A DNA stretch of 40,301 bases from PVC group bacterium (lineage in GTDB: Bacteria > Auribacterota > Erginobacteria > Erginobacterales > Erginobacteraceae), in assembly GCA_043804695.1 (NCBI GenBank), contig JAZDIV010000019.1:1-40301 (forward strand). Direction: 5' to 3'. Under the pieces are notes generated by a model that searched no databases, was not told the origin of the DNA, and worked only from the letters and a program-made list of their open reading frames with translations. Positions within the stretch are counted from its first letter, which is position 1. Every line of letters begins with the position of its first letter. A program made the translations under genes and the position numbers. This document shows, one piece after another, positions 1-9,365 of the stretch.

Positions 1-76
1 CCGCCGGCGCCCGATGCGCCGGAGAGAGGAGAAAAAGGAAGGCAACCAGAGAGAAACTGGGCAGTCTTTTCAGCAT
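1..76 (-). CDS. 5' end of a gene running off the left edge; probable signal peptide
   Basis: Reverse strand from ATG at 76 reads MLKRLPSFSLVAFLFLLSPAHRAPA, open to the window edge; basic N-terminus, hydrophobic core and AxA motif. Confidence 0.5.
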   Translation of the reverse strand, partial: MLKRLPSFSLVAFLFLLSPAHRAPA

Positions 77-81
77 TACTA

Positions 82-142
82 TATAAAGTAGCGAGCTGTG
101 CTCGCTACTTTATAATGGACCCCGATTGATTCAATCGGGGTC
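82..142. repeat. Two adjacent perfect palindromes (REP-like)
   Basis: TATAAAGTAGCGAGC-tgt-GCTCGCTACTTTATA (82-114) and GACCCCGATTG-att-CAATCGGGGTC (118-142). Confidence 0.6.
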
Positions 143-451
143 TGTTGGTTAACGATACTATTATCATAGAGGCAACACTCTAATAAGGCTTTATAATCTC
201 AGCCAACGTTTTACCTCTAACCCGATTTATTCATAAATCGGGTTAATTTTAAACAATGACGGAACTGTTATTGATAGCAATGCAATCAGGTATTGATCGT
301 ATTGTATTCTTATGCAGTCAGTTGCCGGCAGGTGTCTATTATTGATTGCGTTGTTGCGGGCAGGTAAAAATGTTGGCCGGCCGGATAAGAAAAAACAGTC
401 TACTGAAGACACCTATCCCGGATTATTATGTGTAACATGTTAAACGACAGC

Positions 452-655
452 TTTTAGCCAGTCCATAATTGTATGGACATGTCATTCAGACTGTGTCGCA
501 ATTGATATTTTCGACGATTTTCTGTCATTGCGAGGCCCCCGAACGAAGTGAGGGGGACGAAGCAATCTCAACTTTATGCACAACAAGAGATTGCGTCGCC
601 GCGCTCGCAATGACCGCAATTGTTGATGTTAATATTACAACGGTCGGATTAATAA
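452..655. mobile_element. MITE/REP-like palindromic element, copy 1
   Basis: Shares TCCATAATTGTATGGACATGTCATT...GCAATCTCAAC...GAGATTGC...CTCGCAATGACCGCAAT...TACAACGGTCGGATTAATAA with 32010-32206; nested GTCATTGCGAG/CTCGCAATGAC inverted repeat. Confidence 0.75.
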
Positions 656-3600
656 CTATCCGCGGTTTTATCCGCATCCGGACCCGGCGCTGAAGACGAT
701 TTCTTTCTTGACTTTCTCTTCCGGGGGCGGGCCGCCAGCAGCTTGCGGAACTCCTTGACCCGGTATCCCGACTGTGCGGCGAGTTCCAGCATGGTTTCGG
801 CGGCCCGATGATAAACCATCCCCCGGACCCGGGGCGGCTCTTCTCCGGCCCAGGCCCGCACCGATTTGACAACGGTGGCCGCGGCGATGAGCCAGAAAAG
901 GAGTTCTTCCAGTCTTTCTTTGTTAAACCAGAGGATGTTGTTGTCCCAGTGATAGAGGAGGAACCGCCGGACTTCGCTGTCCTTGAAGACCGGCTCGAGC
1001 AGGTAGAGATGATTCTTCGTCTTCACCCCCTCCATCCGGCGAAGATGCCGGAGGAGGATGACGATCAGGCTCAACTCTCTGCGCGCGGTCTCCCCGCCGC
1101 ACCCCAGGTCCTCAAAGAACCGGACCACCTGCTCGTCCAGGAACCACTCTTTCATCCAGAGAAAATCCGGGGAGGATTTTTTCCCGCTGGAGAGGGCTTC
1201 ACCGACCGTCGCCAGCAGGCTCCAGGTCAGGATCACCCGGAAAAAATCGAGCCGGTCATCGACCGTTCCCGGGATACCGGAGATGAGCTGCCGCAAGGCA
1301 GGGCGGCTGTACCGGGAACTGGTCCAGTGGGGGAGTGTTTCGGATGGAGCCAGCAGAAGGACGGCCGCGCTGAACCGCACCTGGCGTTCCACCTCCCCGG
1401 TCACATCCCGCGTCTGGCCTCTCTGGGAGAGGGCCCGGGTGAAAAATGTTTCCCCGGGAGACGCCAGCAGGGCGGAGACTTCCCGGGTGAGTTCATCGAT
1501 CGACGCCCGTTCTCCGGCCAGAGAGAAAAGGCGGCGGAATAAATCGGGACTGCAGAGATTCCGGAATGTGCGGTAGAGGGCGGCGAAATGAACCCGCTTC
1601 AGCGCTTCATTGATGTTGTCCACCCCTCTCCCGTCGAGCGACGCGCAGAGTTTGGCCAGGAAACCCCGGGCGTCGTCGCGGACTTCCCGGATGTCCGCAA
1701 AGACATGGGTCTGGTAGGCGCGGAGCATGAGGGACACCCCCTTCTCCCGGATCTCCCGGCTGGAACGAATGTATTCCAGGCCCGTCCGCAGGTCTTTGAA
1801 TATTGTGTAGTCGTCATCGGCCGCCCGGAGAGCGAGTCCCCGGGAAATATCGGTCCGGACCAGCTTTTTGCCCCCCCGGACCCCGGTTTCGGCCCGGGAG
1901 ACCGAGATCCGGATCCAGCCGCTCGTGTTCCGGAACCGGTTATTGTACACGATCAGGGAGCGCTCGTTCTCATAGCGGTTGGAGTAGGCGAAGACGTCCT
2001 CATTGACCGCCCCGTCTTCCAGGAAGAAATCATACAGATAAAAGTTGGCGACATCGCTGAAAAGGTGCCGTTTTTTCAGGAGGGGAAATAGTTCCTCTTC
2101 ATGGCGTTTGACCAGGTATCCGTCGACCGGCTCGTCCCAGTAGGCCTTGCGGTACTCCATGCCGTATTTCTCGGTCAGACCTTCGATCTGGCCGTGCCCG
2201 AAGAGCGGCAGTCCCGGCATCGTCACCATCATCGTGCAGACGCCGAAATACTTGTCCCCTTTTCCGAACTGCGCTACCGCGGTCGCTTCATCGGGGTTGT
2301 TCATGAAGTTGACGAAGCGTTTGAGAATCTGGGGATTAAATTCCAGGACCTCCTTGACAACCTGCCGGTACTGGTCGTTCATCTCCAGCTTCAGCATGTT
2401 CATGAAGGCGCTGTTATAGACCCGGTGCACCCCCAGCGACCGCACGAAATACCCCTCGAGCATCCAGAAAGCCTCGGCCAGGAGAAGCGTTTCCGGGATT
2501 TCCTCGGCCACCCGGTCGACAACGTCTCTCCAGAACTCCCGGGGGAAGAGCCGGTCGAATTCGCGGGCGGAGATCCCCCGGCCGGCCCGGGAAGGGATCG
2601 CGCCTCCCTCCCCGGCGGGAGGATACCAGAGCCGATGGAAGTGCTGCCTGGCCAGCACCATGGCGGCGTCGAACCGGATCACCGGGAAGGTCCGGGCCAC
2701 GTGGACGATGGTCCGGATGACAGCCTCCCGCACCTCCGCCTGGAGAAAATCAAGCTGGGCGGTGTCATTCCAGGGCATGCTGGTCCCGTCGTTGCCATGG
2801 TAGATGTACCGCTCCTCCCCGCTTTCCCGGTCGACCCGCTTGAAGACCACCGCCGCGTCGCTCCGGTTCCAGTAGCCGTCTTCCAAACAGACCGCCACCC
2901 GCGGATCGTCGGAGAGGTCCGGGCCGGTAAATCGGTAGTTCGGGAAGGGGGGGCGCGGGGCCTGGATAAACCACCCGGGGTGCTCGATCATCCACCGGGA
3001 GTAAATCCCCATATGGTTGGGCACCATATCGCTGGCGACCCGGATCCCCCTTCGCCAGGCCCGGTCCTTCAGATTGTCGATGGCCGCCTTCCCTCCGAGT
3101 TCGGCGGCGATGACATAGTCATAGAGGGAATACGCGGAAGCGTCCGCCTCGGGGTTGCCGCATCTGCGCTTGATCTTCCGGGAAGCCGGGCTGCGCTCCC
3201 AGAGGCCGATCAGCCAGAGGCTGGTGAAACCCCAGCGCACCAGGCAGTCCAGCTCCTCATCCGGGATCTGATCCAGCCGGGCGATCGGCCGGCCGTAGCG
3301 CCGGGAGAGCTGATCCAACCAGACATAGATATTCTTGGCCAGCAGGACGACTCGCGGCATCCAGTCCAGATCGGGGCTGAAGCGGTCATACGCCTCCCGG
3401 CCGCCGGAATGACCGCGGGCTCCCTCACCGATCCAGTCGCCGCCGATGTCTCCGGCCGGGACGGGGGGGAGGGCCGGGCCGGCCCCCGCCAGGCGGAGCT
3501 TCTCCTCCTCCCTGATGACGTCCCTGGTCACCATCAGGACTTCCAGTAAATCGGGGCTGAGAAGATCGATCCAGTTCTCCTTGATGTAGTCCAGCTGGCC

Positions 3601-4311
3601 GGGGAGCGAATCGGGGGCGGCCCTGACCGGCATCCGGAGAAATTCCGGGAGAGGCAGATTTTCCGGTCCGAAGAAAGGTTCTCCCCGGTAAAATTCTTCC
3701 TGGGAGACCAGCGCCTCCGGCGGGCCGGCAAGATCGTCCAGAACCCGGTCGCGGAAGAGATCGTCCAGAGGCCGGAAGGCCGGGTTCCGCCGGGCCAGAT
3801 CGAGGAGCAACAGTTCGTTGAGGGCTTCCTGCCGGGGCGGAGGGTCGCCGGAGCCTTTCCGGAGGTATTCTACCGCCGCTATTTCCGGGGGAGGATGCTC
3901 CAGCCCGGGGAGCGTCTCGATAAAACCGGCCAGGGTTTGATCGAGTGATTCATTGCCGACCCTCTTCCCCGCGGCTTTCACCGCCCCCTCCAGGGCCCGG
4001 GGGTTTTTGCGCCGGCGGTATTCCGCGGTCAGATGATGAAGGATGTTTTCGATCAGGCAGATGGCGCTCACCTCTCCTCCCCGGACGGCGCGTTCCGGGT
4101 GGCCGGCCGCGTTCCGGCGGCGGTTGATGGATTCGGCCATCAGTTGGGCGGAATCAAAGACATCGGCCGGCGCATCGGCCGCCGCCGGACGGACAACCCC
4201 GAAAAGGTTACAGAGACGCCGGGAGAGACGGAAGGGGGACGGGGGATCGGCGGATGATCTCTCTTTTTCCGGCAGACCGGACGGACTTCCGGTATTCAGG
4301 TCTTTTTTCAT
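649..4311 (-). CDS. Alpha-amylase family (GH13) glycoside hydrolase, large form
   Basis: 1220 aa ORF with GH13 motifs DMVPNH, RFDAAM (nucleophile), LAEAFW (acid/base) and FMNNPDE. Confidence 0.85.
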   Translation of the reverse strand: MKKDLNTGSPSGLPEKERSSADPPSPFRLSRRLCNLFGVVRPAAADAPADVFDSAQLMAESINRRRNAAGHPERAVRGGEVSAICLIENILHHLTAEYRRRKNPRALEGAVKAAGKRVGNESLDQTLAGFIETLPGLEHPPPEIAAVEYLRKGSGDPPPRQEALNELLLLDLARRNPAFRPLDDLFRDRVLDDLAGPPEALVSQEEFYRGEPFFGPENLPLPEFLRMPVRAAPDSLPGQLDYIKENWIDLLSPDLLEVLMVTRDVIREEEKLRLAGAGPALPPVPAGDIGGDWIGEGARGHSGGREAYDRFSPDLDWMPRVVLLAKNIYVWLDQLSRRYGRPIARLDQIPDEELDCLVRWGFTSLWLIGLWERSPASRKIKRRCGNPEADASAYSLYDYVIAAELGGKAAIDNLKDRAWRRGIRVASDMVPNHMGIYSRWMIEHPGWFIQAPRPPFPNYRFTGPDLSDDPRVAVCLEDGYWNRSDAAVVFKRVDRESGEERYIYHGNDGTSMPWNDTAQLDFLQAEVREAVIRTIVHVARTFPVIRFDAAMVLARQHFHRLWYPPAGEGGAIPSRAGRGISAREFDRLFPREFWRDVVDRVAEEIPETLLLAEAFWMLEGYFVRSLGVHRVYNSAFMNMLKLEMNDQYRQVVKEVLEFNPQILKRFVNFMNNPDEATAVAQFGKGDKYFGVCTMMVTMPGLPLFGHGQIEGLTEKYGMEYRKAYWDEPVDGYLVKRHEEELFPLLKKRHLFSDVANFYLYDFFLEDGAVNEDVFAYSNRYENERSLIVYNNRFRNTSGWIRISVSRAETGVRGGKKLVRTDISRGLALRAADDDYTIFKDLRTGLEYIRSSREIREKGVSLMLRAYQTHVFADIREVRDDARGFLAKLCASLDGRGVDNINEALKRVHFAALYRTFRNLCSPDLFRRLFSLAGERASIDELTREVSALLASPGETFFTRALSQRGQTRDVTGEVERQVRFSAAVLLLAPSETLPHWTSSRYSRPALRQLISGIPGTVDDRLDFFRVILTWSLLATVGEALSSGKKSSPDFLWMKEWFLDEQVVRFFEDLGCGGETARRELSLIVILLRHLRRMEGVKTKNHLYLLEPVFKDSEVRRFLLYHWDNNILWFNKERLEELLFWLIAAATVVKSVRAWAGEEPPRVRGMVYHRAAETMLELAAQSGYRVKEFRKLLAARPRKRKSRKKSSSAPGPDADKTADSY

Positions 4312-6794
4312 GCCGGTCGATCCTCCGGCAGTGAACCGTCGAGAAGTTTCCTGATCTCCTCGGCGAGGTCCCCGTGGGGGAACGGCTTCTGGATAAAACC
4401 GCAGCGGTCTTCTCTGATCATCCGGCCGACAACGGGGTCCCGGGCCCAGCCGGTACAGATCAGGACCGGCAGTTCCGGGTGCATATCCCGCATCCGGCGG
4501 AACGTCTCGGGACCGCTCAACCCCTTCATGATCATGTCGAGAAGAACCAGGTCAATCGCATCCCCTTCCCGCTCCAGAATCCGCAGGGCCTCCCGGCCGT
4601 TCACCGACTGGATCACCGTGTATCCGAGTTTTTCGAGCGTGTCCCCGATAACTTTCCTGAAGTCGGGGTTGTCATCGACCACCAGGATCGTTTCCTGCCC
4701 GCCCGGCGGATTCTCGGGCGGCTCCGGCGGCAGGATTTCCTCCTGATCGATTGCCGGGAGATAAACCCGGAAAACGGATCCCCTCCCCTCCTCGCTTTCT
4801 ACCTCAATGCATCCGCCGTGTCGTTCCACGATGCCGCTCACCACCGAAAGACCAAGACCGACCCCGGTTTTGTCTTCCTTGGTGCTGAAGAACGGCTCAA
4901 AGATCCGTTCCCGCATCTCCCTGCCAAATCCCGTGCCGGTATCGGCGAACGCAACGGCGACACAGGGCTTTTTCCCCAGGTCCGGATGAAGACGAAAAAT
5001 CCGGTCGGCCGGGTCGGTATTGCGCGTGGAGACCGTGAGCCGACCGCCGGCGGGCATGGCTTCGCAGGCATTCAGGCAAAGGTTCATGATCACCTGGTAC
5101 ACCTGGCTCCGGTCCCCCAGGATTGACATGACATCCGGAGGAAGCTCCGCTACCAGCTCGATGTTCTTCCCGGCCGTCCGCTCGATCATCGTCAGCACTT
5201 CCCGGATGGCCCGGTTGACATCGAGCGGCGCCGGCCGGTACGTTCCTTTGCGGGAGAAGGCGAGAAGGGCCCCGGTCAGATCGGAGCCCCGCCAGAGCAG
5301 CTTCTCCACGCTGTCGATTTTGGAGGAGAACCTGCCTGCTCCCGGAATCTCCGGAAGACATTCCTTGATCAGGGAAAGATACCCGAGGGCGCCCGCCAGG
5401 ATGTTGTTAAAATCATGGGCGATCCCTCCGGCCAGCGTCCCGACGGCCTCCAGCTTCTGGGAATGGCGAAGCTGTTCCTCGAGTTCCCGGCGCTCGGTCA
5501 CATCAATCGAGACGCCGACCGTGCCGATAATCTTTCCTTCCGGATCGCGCAGCCAGGCCAGGGTCAGGTAGACCCGGATGATTCCCCCGTCTTTCCGGAG
5601 ATTGAATAGTTCTCCCCGCCAGACAACGTTCTCTCCCGACTCCCGGATATGCTCCCTGAGACAGGGCGGGTTACCCGGTATCCCATCGAAGAACTCCGAT
5701 GCCGGATGATCGATCATCTCTCCGGGGGAGTAGCCGAGGGCCTGCCGGACCGCGGCGTTGGCATAGGTGATGACGTGATCCAGGTTGGTGACGATGACCA
5801 TTTCTCCCAGCGACTCCACCGCCAGGGACAGATACGCCAGCCGGGCTTCGCTCCGCTTCAACTCGGCGGTCCGGCGGCCGACCGTCTGCCGGAGCCGGAA
5901 ATTCCAGAGCCAGGTCAGGAGAATGATTAAAAGAACAGCGGCGGACGTAACGATAAGATACGGAAGCCGCCGGAGCAGCCAGTCCGTCGGCCGGCCGTCC
6001 CGGGTCCCCAGCCATTTCTGGCTGATCTTAGCCAGGACGCCGGCCTCCTCTGCCCCGGCGACCGCCTTGTCGAGAATCCCGGCCAGGATCCGGTTCTCCT
6101 CGCTGGTCGCCATGCAGTTGCGCCCGACATAGAGGGGCTCGCCGACCATCTTAATTTTTTCCGTCAGCCCCTGGGAAAAGACATGGTAGATGACGATCTG
6201 CTCATCCCCGATAATCGCATCCGCCCGGCCGGCGGCCACCAGATCAGTGGCCTCCCCGAAGTCTTTCGCCCAGATCACATCGCAGGATATCCCGCGGGAG
6301 TCCAGAAACTCTTTGGCGTAATCGCCGGACTGCATGGCGATTTTTTTCCCCCGCAGATCATCGATTCCGGCGATGTCGGTCCGGCCGGCAGCGACGAAGA
6401 TAGAGGCGGGAACCCGGAAGATCGTCCGGGTGAAGTTGAAAAGCCGGGCGCGTTTTTCACTGTGGAAGAGACTGGTCAGGACATCGGCTTCCCCGGAGAG
6501 GACCGCTTCCTGAGCCTTCTGAAACGAGGTGTCCCGGAACCGGGCCCGGAAGCCGAGTTCTCCCGCCATCCAGCCGGCCAGATCGATCATCATCCCCACC
6601 GGCTGCCCGTCCCGGTCGATAAATTCAAAAGGCGAATAACGGGTCTGGCTGATGAAGACAATCTCCCCCTTCCGGCGCAGATACTCCTCCTCGCCGGGAG
6701 AGAGTTTGACGGCGCCCCGGCAGAGCGGCAAGGGGCAGGCCAGGGAAACTATCAGGACCGCGATGACCCGAAAGAACAAGCTTCTTTTCATCAC
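4308..6794 (-). CDS. Hybrid sensor histidine kinase/response regulator (periplasmic solute-binding domain, TM, PAS, HisKA, HATPase, REC)
   Basis: H-box [12 protein letters not shown]-box [11 protein letters not shown]-boxes DTGTG and GVGLGL, C-terminal REC (ILVVDD, DLVLLD, KPF); N-terminal PBPb-like region. Confidence 0.92.
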   Translation of the reverse strand: MMKRSLFFRVIAVLIVSLACPLPLCRGAVKLSPGEEEYLRRKGEIVFISQTRYSPFEFIDRDGQPVGMMIDLAGWMAGELGFRARFRDTSFQKAQEAVLSGEADVLTSLFHSEKRARLFNFTRTIFRVPASIFVAAGRTDIAGIDDLRGKKIAMQSGDYAKEFLDSRGISCDVIWAKDFGEATDLVAAGRADAIIGDEQIVIYHVFSQGLTEKIKMVGEPLYVGRNCMATSEENRILAGILDKAVAGAEEAGVLAKISQKWLGTRDGRPTDWLLRRLPYLIVTSAAVLLIILLTWLWNFRLRQTVGRRTAELKRSEARLAYLSLAVESLGEMVIVTNLDHVITYANAAVRQALGYSPGEMIDHPASEFFDGIPGNPPCLREHIRESGENVVWRGELFNLRKDGGIIRVYLTLAWLRDPEGKIIGTVGVSIDVTERRELEEQLRHSQKLEAVGTLAGGIAHDFNNILAGALGYLSLIKECLPEIPGAGRFSSKIDSVEKLLWRGSDLTGALLAFSRKGTYRPAPLDVNRAIREVLTMIERTAGKNIELVAELPPDVMSILGDRSQVYQVIMNLCLNACEAMPAGGRLTVSTRNTDPADRIFRLHPDLGKKPCVAVAFADTGTGFGREMRERIFEPFFSTKEDKTGVGLGLSVVSGIVERHGGCIEVESEEGRGSVFRVYLPAIDQEEILPPEPPENPPGGQETILVVDDNPDFRKVIGDTLEKLGYTVIQSVNGREALRILEREGDAIDLVLLDMIMKGLSGPETFRRMRDMHPELPVLICTGWARDPVVGRMIREDRCGFIQKPFPHGDLAEEIRKLLDGSLPEDRPA

Positions 6795-7954
6795 TCCCCG
6801 GAGCGCTCCTCCTCCTCTTCCCCGAAGGGGAGGAGACCGGCATCGCGCAGCTGTTTCTTCAAGCCTTCCACGACGATCTCGAGATCGGACATCCGGACCA
6901 CCCGGCGGGCCATCGCGTCCACCATGCTTTCCAGCTCGGCGGTGCGCTTGACGACCAGTTCCTCGAGGTGCTCGCGGTGCTTGCGCAGTTCCTGCTCGTT
7001 CCGGATCCGGTCGGTGATGTCGACGACATAGCCGTGATAGTGCGTGATCTCCCCAACATTGTCCCTGCTCACCACCGTGAAATCACTTACCCACCGATAC
7101 CGTCCGCCGGCCGCCCGGATCCGGTAGCACTGTTCGAAGCAGACCTTCCCCGATTCCCCGTAGGTCTTTACTTCCTCGGCAACTCGGGAGAGATCGTCAG
7201 GGTGAACTATGGAAGCATAGAGGATATCCCCGTCGGTGAGCGCCTCCGGTGTATAGCCGAACTGGCTCCTGATGTTTGGAGAGACATATTCAACGGGCCA
7301 GCCCGGGGCGGCCTTCCACTTCAGGACCACGGTCGGGCCGCCGATAAAAAGCCCGTGTTCTTCCCGCAGTTTCTCCTCGACCGCTTTCCGCTCGGCGATC
7401 TCAGCCTGGAGCTCCCGGTTCGCCCGACCCAGTTCCTCCGTCCGCTCCTCCACCCTCTTCTCCAGTTCCCCGTAGGCAGCCAGCAATTTTTCCCGGGCGC
7501 TCACCCGTTCGGAGATATCGTGGATGATGGCGATCACCCGCTTCTCGCCGCCGATTTCGATCAGGGTATTGCTCACTTCCACCGGGAGGGGGGTGCCGTC
7601 TTTCCGGATGTCCACCGTCTCGATATAGACGCCTTCCCGTACGGTCTCGGCCCGGATGATCTCCGGGAGGCGGGCGGCCACCTCGGGAGGGACCAGATCA
7701 CCGACCCTCATTGAGAGCAGCTCTTTCTTGCTGTACCCGAGCATCCGGCAGACCGCGTCATTGACATCCAGTATCCGGCCGTGGACGGTTTCCACAAAAA
7801 TGCCGTCCTTCACGTTATTGACGATCGCGGCGCACTGCCGGTAGTTCTCCCTCACCTTCTTGAGCAGTTTCCGGCGCAGGGCGGCCCTTTTGCGGAGCAC
7901 GGCCAGCTGGCGCTGGAAAAAATTCAACTCTTCCCGCAGCTGTTCATCTGTCAT
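6791..7954 (-). CDS. PAS/PAC domain S-box protein with coiled coils, no obvious output domain
   Basis: Two PAS/PAC units (VNDAVCRMLGYS...; IVHPDD...YRWVSD...DITDR) and LEKRVEERTEEL coiled coil; 4-nt overlap with the kinase gene. Confidence 0.85.
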   Translation of the reverse strand: MTDEQLREELNFFQRQLAVLRKRAALRRKLLKKVRENYRQCAAIVNNVKDGIFVETVHGRILDVNDAVCRMLGYSKKELLSMRVGDLVPPEVAARLPEIIRAETVREGVYIETVDIRKDGTPLPVEVSNTLIEIGGEKRVIAIIHDISERVSAREKLLAAYGELEKRVEERTEELGRANRELQAEIAERKAVEEKLREEHGLFIGGPTVVLKWKAAPGWPVEYVSPNIRSQFGYTPEALTDGDILYASIVHPDDLSRVAEEVKTYGESGKVCFEQCYRIRAAGGRYRWVSDFTVVSRDNVGEITHYHGYVVDITDRIRNEQELRKHREHLEELVVKRTAELESMVDAMARRVVRMSDLEIVVEGLKKQLRDAGLLPFGEEEEERSGE

Positions 7955-8086
7955 CTCGGATTCCCTCAGTTGCCGTCACTGTAACAAAACACCGGGGAAA
8001 GAAAAAGTGAAAAGGCGGTTTTCCTCCGATCCGGACCGACACTCCGCCGCACCGCCGGAACCAGGAGCGATGGTTATTTTTACGGC

Positions 8087-8115
8087 TTGACGGGCATTAT
8101 CTTTGGGGGTATTTT
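8087..8115 (+). promoter_or_regulatory. Putative sigma70 promoter of the tRNA-Val/tRNA-Asp operon
   Basis: TTGACG-17 nt-TATTTT upstream of tRNA-Val. Confidence 0.45.
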
Positions 8116-8149
8116 CCCCATAAAAATGTTCCGGAGGAGAATTTTTACC

Positions 8150-8221
8150 GGGCGGTTAGCTCAGCGGGAGAGCGCTACCCTTACAAGGTAGATGTCACTG
8201 GTTCAAATCCAGTACCGCCCA
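8150..8221 (+). tRNA. tRNA-Val(TAC)
   Basis: GGGCGGT/ACCGCCC acceptor stem, anticodon arm CTACC-CTTACAA-GGTAG, T-loop GTTCAAATC; CCA not encoded. Confidence 0.95.
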
Positions 8222-8338
8222 TAAATTTTTGCTGACGCAAAAATTTATATTTCCTTTTTGGCCCTAAATTGATAGAAGATTATAGATCCAAGGGGATACA
8301 GAACGGCAATCTGATTTCTGGTTATCTTGATATATCCA

Positions 8339-8412
<74 letters not shown>

Positions 8413-8417
8413 TTTTT

Positions 8418-8451
8418 AAAAAGCCTGGAAGCGAGAGCTTCCAGGCTTTTT
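8418..8451 (+). terminator. Intrinsic terminator after tRNA-Asp (left end of cassette 1)
   Basis: AAAAAGCCTGGAAGC-gaga-GCTTCCAGGCTTTTT. Confidence 0.85.
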
Positions 8452-8587
8452 AAAATTTGGAGTTCCACCAATTCTCTTCTAAGGCCTCCTCGTAACTTTT
8501 TTATGTAGAGCTTCCAACAAGCATGTGGTATAAATCATCTTTAGATTGAAACTTTGCATTTTACTGATCAAGCAATGGAGGCTGATA

Positions 8588-8836
8588 ATGAAAGATGAAC
8601 AATTACTTGCACGAATTGTGTTAAATCCTAAGATTATGGTTGGGAAACCGGTTATTCGGGGAACTCGTCTAACCGTGGACTTCATTCTGAATTTACTCGC
8701 TCATGGGACGACTGAAGCTGAAATTTTAAATGAGTATGAAGGTCTTACTTATGAAGACATTCAGGCTTGCTTCCTTTTCGCGACTAAATCCTTAAAAGAT
8801 ACTGCTTTTATGCCTTTGGGTGTGGAGACCGTGTAA
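8588..8836 (+). CDS. DUF433 family antitoxin
   Basis: RIVLNPKIMVGKPVIRGTRLTVDFIL...YEGLTYEDIQACFLFA signature; GGAGG RBS before ATG 8588. Confidence 0.9.
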   Translation: MKDEQLLARIVLNPKIMVGKPVIRGTRLTVDFILNLLAHGTTEAEILNEYEGLTYEDIQACFLFATKSLKDTAFMPLGVETV

Positions 8837-9187
8837 ATGCGTTTTCTGGTTGATGAATGTACCGGACCGGTAGTGGCGAAGTGGCTGAGAGAGCAAGGTC
8901 ATGAGGTATTTTCAGTTTTTGATGAGGCACAAGGACTTGATGACGATGCTGTAATTCAGAAGGCTTTGGAAGGAAACTGGATTTTGATCACCAACGACAA
9001 AGACTTTGGGGCGAAGGTATATCGAGATCGGATTCTTCATGCGGGGGTTATATTACTTCGCATGGAAGATGAACGGAATCAAATCAAGATAAATGCCCTT
9101 GCTCAATTGCTTGATCAATATAGAGATCGTTTAGGGAATAATTTTGTTGTCGTCACAGAAACCCAGGTTAGATTTGCCGGCATCTAA
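8837..9187 (+). CDS. DUF5615 PIN-like toxin
   Basis: MRFLVDEC...LDDDAVI...ILITNDKDFG...HAGVILLR; adjacent to DUF433 gene. Confidence 0.9.
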   Translation: MRFLVDECTGPVVAKWLREQGHEVFSVFDEAQGLDDDAVIQKALEGNWILITNDKDFGAKVYRDRILHAGVILLRMEDERNQIKINALAQLLDQYRDRLGNNFVVVTETQVRFAGI

Positions 9188-9214
9188 ATCAGGGGCTCGT
9201 TAAGACAGACATAT

Positions 9215-9301
9215 CTTCCGGTGCCCAGCCCTCACTGTTCGGAAGCAAATGTTGAGGAAATCCCAGATTAACCACGCTCTGAGACACCCGTCGTCCCCGT
9301 T
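9215..9301 (+). repeat. Cassette-end repeat A, copy 1 (87 bp)
   Basis: CTTCCGGTG..CACTGTTCGGAAG, then TCCCAGATTAACCACGCTCTGAGA, then CCCGTCGTCCCCGTT (identical to 8400-8414). Confidence 0.95.
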
Positions 9302-9304
9302 AGC

Positions 9305-9337
9305 AAGCCCGGAGGGGATTAACCCTCCGGGCTTTTT
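9305..9337 (+). terminator. Intrinsic terminator after repeat A1
   Basis: AAGCCCGGAGGG-gattaa-CCCTCCGGGCTTTTT. Confidence 0.85.
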
Positions 9338-9365
9338 ATTTAAAAAGATAATCTCTAAATTTATT

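Noticed and set aside
469..693. Small ORFs 469-693, 32028-32279 and 32032-32334
   Set aside because: They lie within the repeated palindromic element (and tRNA-Pro); reading frames are not conserved between the two copies.
808..7714. Long + strand ORFs (e.g. 2101-3549, 808-1542, 6183-7031)
   Set aside because: Antisense shadows of well-supported minus-strand genes in GC-rich DNA; no recognisable motifs.
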